Origin: a virus
IMG/VR virus record: IMGVR_UViG_3300037063_000214
Strand: one strand, 5' to 3'
DNA: 64,000 bases
Below, piece after piece: positions 57,370 through 64,000 of the stretch. The notes beneath the pieces were generated by a model, which was not told the DNA's origin, made no database searches, and saw only the letters and a program-made list of their open reading frames with translations. The position numbers and the translations under genes are program-made. Each line of letters opens with the position of its first letter. Position 1 is the first letter of the stretch.

Positions 57370-59541
57370 ATGAATCGTATTGTATCCGCACTTATCGTTT
57401 TTGTATTATTTGTAACCCCAGTTTTTGCTAGAAACCATCCATTGAAACGTCATGTCCGCAAAGAAGTTACATCGGCTGCTCGTGTAAGTGACCTTCCAGC
57501 AGATCGTCAATTGATTATGGCTATTATGTTGCCTCTCCGCAATGAGTCAACTTTAACAGCTCTTTTACAGCAAATAAACACCCCATCAAGTCCTTTGTAT
57601 CACCAGTTTCTAACGCCTGAACAATTCACTAAAGAGTTTGGTCCAACGGAACAGGATTATCAAGCGGTAGTTCGTTTTGCTATAAAGCAGGGGTTTTTTG
57701 TGTACAAACAACACACTAATCGTATACTTGTTGATATCACTGGATCTACAGCACAAATAGAAAAAGCTTTCAATGTAAAAATGGGGTTATATAAACATCC
57801 TATTGAAAATCGTAATTTTTATTCTCCAGATGTAGAACCGTCTCTTGATTTAGATGTTCCAATCTATCGTATTGCTGGTTTAAATAATTTCTCTATTCCT
57901 AGTCGTAGATTGATTAAGCGTTCATTTAACGCTCGTCTATCAGATGTAGTTGCAGGGTCTGGTCCTAGCGGTTCTTTCCGTCCATCGGATATGCGAGCGG
58001 CATATTATGGATCAGGTACTTTGACAGGTACCGGTCAATCTGTGGGCATGTTAGAGTTCGATGGTTATAATATCGCAGATGTAAATTCTGATATGGGGGG
58101 TGTTGCTTATACCGTACCTGTACAGAATATTCTTGTCGATGGTGCAAGTGCTGGCTCTGATGGAGATGATGGAGAGCAAGCTTTGGATATCGCTCAAGCT
58201 ATCGGTATGGCACCGGGGTTAACTTCTGTACGGGTTTACATCGCCCCAGGCAATTCCGCCATAGGTACCGGAGATGTGGATATTTTTAATCAAATGGCTG
58301 TGGACAACATTTCCAAACAATTGAGTTGTTCTTGGGGTTGGAGTCCCGATGATATAACTGATGATGACCCTATTTTTAAAGAATTCGCAGCACAGGGTCA
58401 AAATCTTTTTGTAGCCTCTGGAGATGCTGGTAAGTATACGGGAAATAACAATAATGATAGCAGCTACCCAGCTGAAGATCCGTATGTTGTAGCTGTTGGC
58501 GGTACGGATTTAACTACAAATGGTGCTGGAGGAACTTGGCAAACAGAAACGGCTTGGTCGGATAGCAGTGGTGGTCCAGCGGACGATGGTTTTGCAATTC
58601 CTAGCTGGCAAGTAGGAGTAGCAAATTCTAATGGTGCTTCTACAGCAATTCGTAATGTTCCGGATGTTGCCGCAGAAGCAAATTTCGATAATATTATGTG
58701 TGATGATGGCGCTTGCACTTACAATCAAACTGGGGGTACTAGCTATGCTGCGCCTCGCTGGGCTGGCTATATGGCTTTAGTGAATCAGCAGAACATGACT
58801 AATCATGGTACTACTTTAGGTTTCTTGAATCCCTTGATTTATCCCATTGGTTTCGGTGCTGCGTACACTATTAATTTTCACGATATTACAAGCGGGAGCA
58901 ATGGGCATCCGGCTACTGTTGGGTATGATATGGTAACTGGTTGGGGTAGTCCTAATGGGGCAACTTTAATCAATACTTTAACAGGCGCTCCAACCGGAGT
59001 AGGATTACAAGCAACTTATAATCCAACCTATAAAACTCCAGCATGTACAGTTGTCAGTAATTCCTGTGATTCAGGCCCAACTCTACTTTTAGGTCGCGGA
59101 AATGTGCATAACGGTGCGGAACAAAATCACCCCAATACAATCAATAACTCTTGCGGGGATGGGAACTCGGGGGTATTTCACTCCTATGAATCAAATGATC
59201 GCCTTGCGGTAGCTTCTGTATCTGGTGGGTTGTTAACCGCGGGTACAAAAGCAACGATAACAGCCACAGTATGGGCTCGAAAGGATTTTGAAAGCGATTC
59301 TCTTGACCTTTACGTTACTTCAAATGTTGTAAATCCTACTTGGGTTTATATCGCTACGCTTAAGCCCACTAAAGATGCACAAAATATTTTATCGACTACA
59401 TTTACTCTCCCAGCCTCCGGCAATTTACAAGCTGTACGAGCACATTTTCGATATGAGGGACATGTGAATCCATCGGCTTGTGGTAATTCTTCTGGTGGAG
59501 AGTATGATGATTATGATGATTTAGTTTTTGCGGTGAATTAA
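57370..59541 (+). CDS. Secreted S53-family serine peptidase (sedolisin/kumamolisin-like) with an N-terminal pro-kumamolisin activation domain
   Basis: AGGAGG SD. Signal peptide MNRIVSALIVFVLFVTPVFA. Pro-domain QFLTPEQFTKEFGPTEQDYQAVVRFA. Catalytic Ser motif GGTSYAAPRWAG; Asp/Glu-rich catalytic region. Confidence 0.8.
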   Translation: MNRIVSALIVFVLFVTPVFARNHPLKRHVRKEVTSAARVSDLPADRQLIMAIMLPLRNESTLTALLQQINTPSSPLYHQFLTPEQFTKEFGPTEQDYQAVVRFAIKQGFFVYKQHTNRILVDITGSTAQIEKAFNVKMGLYKHPIENRNFYSPDVEPSLDLDVPIYRIAGLNNFSIPSRRLIKRSFNARLSDVVAGSGPSGSFRPSDMRAAYYGSGTLTGTGQSVGMLEFDGYNIADVNSDMGGVAYTVPVQNILVDGASAGSDGDDGEQALDIAQAIGMAPGLTSVRVYIAPGNSAIGTGDVDIFNQMAVDNISKQLSCSWGWSPDDITDDDPIFKEFAAQGQNLFVASGDAGKYTGNNNNDSSYPAEDPYVVAVGGTDLTTNGAGGTWQTETAWSDSSGGPADDGFAIPSWQVGVANSNGASTAIRNVPDVAAEANFDNIMCDDGACTYNQTGGTSYAAPRWAGYMALVNQQNMTNHGTTLGFLNPLIYPIGFGAAYTINFHDITSGSNGHPATVGYDMVTGWGSPNGATLINTLTGAPTGVGLQATYNPTYKTPACTVVSNSCDSGPTLLLGRGNVHNGAEQNHPNTINNSCGDGNSGVFHSYESNDRLAVASVSGGLLTAGTKATITATVWARKDFESDSLDLYVTSNVVNPTWVYIATLKPTKDAQNILSTTFTLPASGNLQAVRAHFRYEGHVNPSACGNSSGGEYDDYDDLVFAVN

Positions 59542-59548
59542 CCAGAGC

Positions 59549-59624
59549 GCTCTTGTAGCTCAGTGTAGAGCATTCCGTGTGCAACGGAAGGGTCGGATGG
59601 TTCAACTCCATCCCAAGGGCTCCA
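59549..59624 (+). tRNA. tRNA-like element, possibly a degenerate tRNA (anticodon loop tgTGCaa implies UGC/Ala) with an encoded 3' CCA
   Basis: Acceptor gctcttg/caagggc (one U-G) then t, CCA. D-arm gctc-agtgta-gagc (6-nt loop). Anticodon stem ttccg/cggaa. T-arm ggatgg-ttcaact-ccatcc. Non-canonical G at position 33 and a 6-bp T-stem. Confidence 0.5.
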
Positions 59625-59629
59625 AATTT

Positions 59630-60595
59630 ATGAAGGAAATCTATGAACGAGTAGCGGCAGATTTCGCAGAGAAAATTGACCATCTGTTTGAATCTGAAAA
59701 ATCCCTAGAGACCACATTTAAACAGTATTACGAAGGTTTGCCCTTTGATCGTACAGAGCACTGGAGCGGTATCATCCACAAAATTTTATCTGATTCCTGG
59801 AAAGACAAAGGACCTGAAGTAAAGTGTGAACCTACAGGAATGGATAAACTTCAAATTATGCGTTATCTTCATCATCTTCTGGATTACAATATTTTTACTC
59901 AAGTACTTCTCAATCTCCAAGGATACACCGGTATGTTTTATATGACCGGAGATGCCCAAGCTGAGATTGAGCGAATGAAATCAGCATGGTCTTCAGCATA
60001 CAAACTTGACCCCTTTGCTCCAAAGGCTAAAATGCTGAAACAGGCTGAAGCGATTACCGAAGAACAAAAACAATACAATCAAACTATCAGTGCTCTTCGT
60101 GCCCTGCGTATCATCACTCAGTTTACTCCACAAATTAGCTTCAGAGTGAGCCCAAAAGGGTCTACACCGGCCTTCGCAGACAGTCGTAATATCAGTATGA
60201 TAGGGTTGGGGGGAGATCGCTTTCTTAAAACGATATCATCCCTCAAACCGTATTACATTACTTGGAATCAAGTTCCTCAAATAGCCCAATTTATCGGGAT
60301 TACCACACCACCAGGGCACGATGTTCCTGTCTCTACATTTAAAGCAGACGGCATATCATATGAATTCCATTCAAAATCTGGTGGAGAAGTGATTCAAGAT
60401 GTTCTTTTTGCTAGAAAAATCATGTATGAAATCTTCCGAGATGTTAATATAACCAGAGAGACTTGTATCATGATTCCTCGTATGAATTCTATTTTGATTG
60501 TTGGGGATGTAGTATTTGAGAATCTACAAAAGGCATACGAGCGCCTGTACAAGATGTATCCGGTCATTAGTTTTGTGGATGGGATTCGTGCCTAA
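59630..60595 (+). CDS. Hypothetical protein (321 aa)
   Basis: First ATG downstream of the tRNA-like element. Track ORF 59579 would start inside the tRNA. Confidence 0.5.
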   Translation: MKEIYERVAADFAEKIDHLFESEKSLETTFKQYYEGLPFDRTEHWSGIIHKILSDSWKDKGPEVKCEPTGMDKLQIMRYLHHLLDYNIFTQVLLNLQGYTGMFYMTGDAQAEIERMKSAWSSAYKLDPFAPKAKMLKQAEAITEEQKQYNQTISALRALRIITQFTPQISFRVSPKGSTPAFADSRNISMIGLGGDRFLKTISSLKPYYITWNQVPQIAQFIGITTPPGHDVPVSTFKADGISYEFHSKSGGEVIQDVLFARKIMYEIFRDVNITRETCIMIPRMNSILIVGDVVFENLQKAYERLYKMYPVISFVDGIRA

Positions 60596-60770
60596 AAAAT
60601 GTAGTATTCATCTCTGTGAAAATCAAGCAACTAACTCTCTTCTGTTTAGTGATGATTCCATATCATTTTATTGCGCAAAACATTATGATTCCATAACCAA
60701 GCGTTGGCTGAAACAGGCAGCGGAAGACTTAGATTGTTTAAAAGCGGTGAAAAGGAATAAGCTCAGATGA
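60579..60770 (+). CDS. Small Cys/His protein, paralog 1 of the ...FYCAKHYD... family
   Basis: MGFVPKKCSIHLCENQ...SFYCAKHYDSI. The start is uncertain; it overlaps the upstream gene. Confidence 0.45.
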   Translation: MGFVPKKCSIHLCENQATNSLLFSDDSISFYCAKHYDSITKRWLKQAAEDLDCLKAVKRNKLR

Positions 60771-60964
60771 AAAAATGTGATTATACTCGCTGTGAAAATT
60801 CAACTGTCGCACATATCGATTATTATAATAGTAATTTAAAATTTTACTGTGCGAAGCATTATGATTTAATAGTTAAACATTTGGCCAAATATGCCCAAGA
60901 CCCCGATGAATGGGGGATTCAAAGGTGGTTTACAGAAATTCTAAGAAGGAACGGGATCAGATGA
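60767..60964 (+). CDS. Small Cys/His protein, paralog 2 (MKKCDYTRCEN...KFYCAKHYD...RRNGIR)
   Basis: ATGA overlap with paralog 1; strong aa and nt similarity to paralog 3. Confidence 0.55.
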   Translation: MKKCDYTRCENSTVAHIDYYNSNLKFYCAKHYDLIVKHLAKYAQDPDEWGIQRWFTEILRRNGIR

Positions 60965-61173
60965 AAAAATGTGACTATAATCGTTGTGAAAATTCAGCTG
61001 TCGCACATATCGATTACTGCGGGCAAACAGCTCAGCCAATCTGTGGGCCCGCAGTAAAGTTTTACTGTGCGAAGCATTATGATTTTATAGTTAAATATTT
61101 AGCTAAAGATGCCCTAGACCCCGATGATGATGGGTGGTCTACAAAAATTCTAAGAAGGAACGGGGTCAGATGA
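60961..61173 (+). CDS. Small Cys/His protein, paralog 3 (MKKCDYNRCEN...KFYCAKHYD...RRNGVR)
   Basis: ATGA overlap. The same junction sequence aagaaggaacggg(a/g)tcagATGAaaaa recurs. Confidence 0.55.
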   Translation: MKKCDYNRCENSAVAHIDYCGQTAQPICGPAVKFYCAKHYDFIVKYLAKDALDPDDDGWSTKILRRNGVR

Positions 61174-62153
61174 AAAAGATATTTCTGTTGGACACAATGA
61201 GTTTTATCTACCGCGCTTATCATGCTGCGGCACATCAGTCCATTATGATGAGTACTAAAGCAGGATTTCCTACCGGGGCGAGTTATATTTTTTGTAATAT
61301 GCTTCGTAAATTACAAAAAGATTTTAATCCCGAGTACCTCATCGCCATATGCGACACCCCGGGCGAAACCTTTAGAGATAAACTATCCCCTGATTATAAG
61401 GCCAATCGCAAGGGCGAAACTCCTTACGACTTGGTACGCCAACTTCCTCACATTTTTAAGGCGATTGAAGCTTACGGCATCTCTAAAATGGAGTTGGCTG
61501 GATATGAAGCAGATGATATTATTGGTACCTTGGCGCGTAAAATTTACGCCGAAGATCCTGAAAATCAAGTATACATTGTGACCGGTGATAAGGATATGTT
61601 TCAGTTGGTAAACGACAGAACATTTACCATCAATCCTATGAAAGACTTGGTGTGTGATGTAGAAAAAGTGACTGAGATTGTGGGTGTGCCCCCAGAACAA
61701 GTTGTAGATGTCATGGCTTTACGTGGAGACACCACAGACAATGTGCCCGGAGCCCCGGGAATCGGCAAGAAGGGGTCTGTAGACATCATCAAGCAGTTTG
61801 GTTCTTTAGAACAAGCTTTTGTACGAGCGGATGAATTGAAGCGTAAATCATATAAAGAGTCCTTAAAAAATAATCAAGCTCAAATCCTACTCAGCAAACA
61901 ATTAGTGACCATAGAAATCAATGCTCCCGTAGAACTTAGTATTTCGTCTATGAAAATAGGGGAAACTAATACTGAAGCTCTGAGTTCTTTATACAAAGAA
62001 CTAGAGTTCGCCACTCTTTTGAAAAGAGAAGGTTTAGGAGCGCTGCCTGAAATTGTAGATGACTTCGCAGAAATCGTACCTCCTGATGACATTCTCACCC
62101 AAACCACGATGACCAAAGAAGATGCGGATGATTTGATCGACAGTATTTCATAG
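61170..62153 (+). CDS. 5'-3' exonuclease / flap endonuclease (Pol I N-terminal-domain-like, FEN)
   Basis: FLLDTMSFIYRAYHA; GYEADDIIGTLA; IVTGDKDMFQLV; the H3TH region TDNVPGAPGIGKKGSVDII. Confidence 0.8.
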   Translation: MKKIFLLDTMSFIYRAYHAAAHQSIMMSTKAGFPTGASYIFCNMLRKLQKDFNPEYLIAICDTPGETFRDKLSPDYKANRKGETPYDLVRQLPHIFKAIEAYGISKMELAGYEADDIIGTLARKIYAEDPENQVYIVTGDKDMFQLVNDRTFTINPMKDLVCDVEKVTEIVGVPPEQVVDVMALRGDTTDNVPGAPGIGKKGSVDIIKQFGSLEQAFVRADELKRKSYKESLKNNQAQILLSKQLVTIEINAPVELSISSMKIGETNTEALSSLYKELEFATLLKREGLGALPEIVDDFAEIVPPDDILTQTTMTKEDADDLIDSIS

Positions 62154-62155
62154 AT

Positions 62156-62587
62156 ATGGCTAAATATAATTGTAGCTGCGGTGAACCAGCGTTTGCTGTT
62201 ATATGCGGGGAAGAAGGTTTTCCTGTTTGTTTTGATCATTTTTTCAAACAGATAAAAGAAGATGTTGAATATTATTTAAAACAGGCAGTTGGAAATACTG
62301 AAAGGTTTCAAATCCATTGTTTTTTCAAGAATGATGAACCTATTTATCTTCCTTTTGCGAGCTATCTTCAACTAGGAGAGAACCAACACTGCTGGGATAA
62401 ATCTGATAACTGGAAAGATATTACTCCCTGTAAACATGAGAAATTTCATATAGCAAAAGCATTCGAGAATGACCCGGTTTATAGCGATGATGACCAGCTT
62501 AAATATTGTGATTCCTGTGGAGTAAATAAACTACAGGAAAGAAAAGCCCGCGGCAGAATTTTTAATACTGGAAAAAGAAATGATTGA
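62156..62587 (+). CDS. Cys/His-rich small protein (143 aa), distantly related to the FYCAKHYD paralogs
   Basis: NCSCGEPAFAVICGEEGFPVCFDHFFK parallels C-x4/5-C...C-x2-H of the paralogs. Confidence 0.5.
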   Translation: MAKYNCSCGEPAFAVICGEEGFPVCFDHFFKQIKEDVEYYLKQAVGNTERFQIHCFFKNDEPIYLPFASYLQLGENQHCWDKSDNWKDITPCKHEKFHIAKAFENDPVYSDDDQLKYCDSCGVNKLQERKARGRIFNTGKRND

Positions 62588-62688
62588 TGTTAACATATCG
62601 ACCTATTAGCGGGTATTGATCAAAATTAGTTAGGGGTACAAAATCAATCCCGAAATTTTCAGACTTTCAAAATTATATTCATACAACC

Positions 62689-62716
62689 TTGAAATTTAAC
62701 CTCACTGTGGTATTAT
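62689..62716 (+). promoter_or_regulatory. Sigma70-like promoter TTGAAA-N16-TATTAT
   Basis: ttgaaa at 62689-62694, tattat at 62711-62716, in a 200-nt AT-rich non-coding gap upstream of 62791. Confidence 0.45.
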
Positions 62717-62790
62717 AAATATATAGCAAACATTTATCGATGAAGCCACTTTATTGTGGTAAACCATAACAATTCAACCCCAGAGGAAAT

Positions 62791-63444
62791 ATGAATAAAT
62801 CAATTGTTACCGTTCTTTCACTAGCACTTTTTATGACTCCCCTTATTGCACAAGAAGAAAAAGGTGGACATGAATCGGCTAGACCCCAAGCAGCGCAACA
62901 TGAAGGCGCAGCAAAACAAACAGCACCAAAACAAGAAAAAGTTCCAAAGGCTGAAAAAGTAGCCAAAGTTCCGAAGGCTGAGAAACAAGAAAAGGCCCCA
63001 AAGACAGAGAAAGTAGCTAAGACTCAGGCTCCAAAAGCTGAGAAGCAAGCAAGATCTGAAAAGCCTACAGCTGTAAAGGCCCAAAAGCAGGAAAAGGCCC
63101 CTAAACAGGAAAAAGTAAAGGCTGAAAAACCAGAGACTCAAAAAGAGGATCGTACCAATGAGATAGCACATCAAAATTGGAACGGTAAGAATTTTAAGCC
63201 AGAATACTTTAAATCTAACTTTGGTGAATCGCACGGTTTTGGTATTCGCAGTGCTCAATGGCAGGGAAATCAATTCCATTCAGGCTCACGCTTTATGTTC
63301 GGCGGTGCGTGGTTTGTACTAGGAGAGGATCTACCTCTAGATTGGTACAGCTGCAACACCTATATCAATGAATATGAAGGCGGATATGCTCTTTACTGCC
63401 CTGAATATCCAGGCGTTCCATTTGGAATCACTGTAGTATTCTAA
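62791..63444 (+). CDS. Secreted/anchored protein with a Lys/Pro/Glu-rich (PKxEK)n linker and a C-terminal globular domain ending in F (TolA/TonB-like architecture)
   Basis: GAGGAAA SD. N-terminal hydrophobic MNKSIVTVLSLALFMTPLIA. Repeats KVPKAEKVAKVPKAEKQEKAPKTEKVAK... C-terminal 100-aa domain ...GVPFGITVVF. Confidence 0.6.
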   Translation: MNKSIVTVLSLALFMTPLIAQEEKGGHESARPQAAQHEGAAKQTAPKQEKVPKAEKVAKVPKAEKQEKAPKTEKVAKTQAPKAEKQARSEKPTAVKAQKQEKAPKQEKVKAEKPETQKEDRTNEIAHQNWNGKNFKPEYFKSNFGESHGFGIRSAQWQGNQFHSGSRFMFGGAWFVLGEDLPLDWYSCNTYINEYEGGYALYCPEYPGVPFGITVVF

Positions 63445-63465
63445 TAACCGTTAACATTAACATCA

Positions 63466-63500
63466 ATATAGCCACTAATATAGTGGCTATATTTTTTATC
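63466..63500 (+). terminator. Rho-independent terminator
   Basis: atatagccact-aat-agtggctatat hairpin followed by TTTTTT. Confidence 0.7.
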
Positions 63501-63518
63501 GTGGCTATATTTTTTATC
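63483..63518 (+). repeat. Perfect 18-bp tandem duplication gtggctatattttttatc x2 overlapping the terminator's 3' half
   Basis: Identical copies at 63483-63500 and 63501-63518. Confidence 0.85.
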
Positions 63519-63706
63519 GTTACACTTGTTAAATTTTTATCGGACTTTTCATTTCATAAGTAGATACGAGAACGCGAAGAAAAATTATTTGAAATACTAG
63601 GATGAAATAATTGGTCTGCTGCGAAACTCGTAGCTTTCAAAACCCCACAACTAACAGGGTTCGCCGTGGAAACTACAGTCAACCAACCAAAGACAAGGAG
63701 AATTTA

Positions 63707-64000
63707 TGAATTTCGATTATACCCCAAAAGCATCAGGACCAAAGAAAGCAATTGGCCTATCTGTTACACAAACCATCAATAATGACGGCACAGCTTCAAC
63801 AAACGCAATTTTTCAAGACAGCGATGGATTACCGATCACTGCCGCTCAGTTCAACAATTTATACCCAGTAGGTGTAGCGCTTCCAACGGTTACCGCTGGC
63901 GACAGTACACCAGGCCCTTCAGCATTTAAAGTTGTAGCAGTTACTCCTCCAACTGCAAGCACTGCGGTCCCTGGGGCCTTTGTTGTAGCTACAACTTCCG
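63707..64000 (+). CDS. Hypothetical protein, 3'-partial (runs off the window end)
   Basis: AAGGAG SD 7 nt before the ATG at 63707; open to position 64000. Reads MNFDYTPKASGPKK... Confidence 0.5.

Noticed and set aside
59549-59624. Interpreting the tRNA-like element as a prophage attachment site
   Set aside because: No integrase or excisionase is adjacent and no matching direct repeat was found in the window. Kept only as a speculative alternative in the finding.
62751-63279. Minus-strand ORFs 62751..62966 and 62821..63279 opposite the Lys-rich repeat gene
   Set aside because: They are generated by the low-complexity aaag/ctt repeat. The + strand gene has SD, a signal sequence and a folded C-terminal domain.
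1-64000. Searched for CRISPR arrays, integrase/transposase, reverse transcriptase (DGR), toxin-antitoxin pairs and rRNA
   Set aside because: No regularly spaced direct repeats with unique spacers were seen. No tyrosine- or serine-recombinase, DDE or RT motifs were recognised in any listed ORF. There is no rRNA-like conserved sequence.

Overview
This window reads as part of a large tailed dsDNA phage or prophage genome. The host is probably a Shine-Dalgarno-using, likely diderm bacterium; window GC is roughly 40-45% by eye. Most of it is transcribed on the + strand.

(1) Positions 1-13.8 kb hold virion proteins. These include an SLT/lytic-transglycosylase-domain protein, several Thr/Ser/Asn-rich proteins, and a fibre with a CBM5/12-like carbohydrate-binding motif. 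One fibre-like gene is inverted onto the minus strand.

(2) Positions 13.8-16.2 kb hold a lysis-type islet: a strong consensus sigma70-like promoter, a secreted protein, a T4-type GH24 lysozyme on the minus strand, and a repeat-domain protein.

(3) Positions 16.2-39.5 kb are a 23-kb, tightly translationally coupled late operon. It opens with a tandem zinc-ribbon protein. Giant fibre/adhesin-like proteins of 1346, 1871, 725, 1582 and 819 aa follow, built from Ig-like (putative-Ig/He_PIG) repeats and a recurring GF-T-N-x-x-F-L-N-G module of about 35 aa that I do not recognise. No capsid, portal, terminase or sheath gene is recognisable in the window.

(4) Positions 39.5-62.6 kb are an early/DNA-metabolism region. 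It encodes an NrdH-like glutaredoxin, an XPD/DinG-like Fe-S helicase carrying a 39-nt tandem repeat, and a DnaJ-like protein with HPD->RPD and 4x CxxCxGxG. It also holds a GC-rich foreign ORF, two nucleoside-2-deoxyribosyltransferase-superfamily proteins, and an outer-membrane-like moron with its own promoter and terminator. The DNA-metabolism genes are an HU-like protein, a DEDDh exonuclease, a RuvC-like resolvase, a RecA-like recombinase, an SbcC/Rad50-like ATPase, an SbcD/Mre11-like nuclease and a 5'-3' FEN exonuclease. The region also carries a MazG-like protein, a secreted S53 (sedolisin) peptidase, a degenerate tRNA-like element and a tandemly triplicated family of small Cys/His proteins.

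(5) Positions 62.6-64 kb hold a promoter/terminator-flanked secreted Lys/Pro/Glu-repeat protein and the start of another gene.

All calls come from motif recognition by eye in the supplied translations and sequence. No database search was run.
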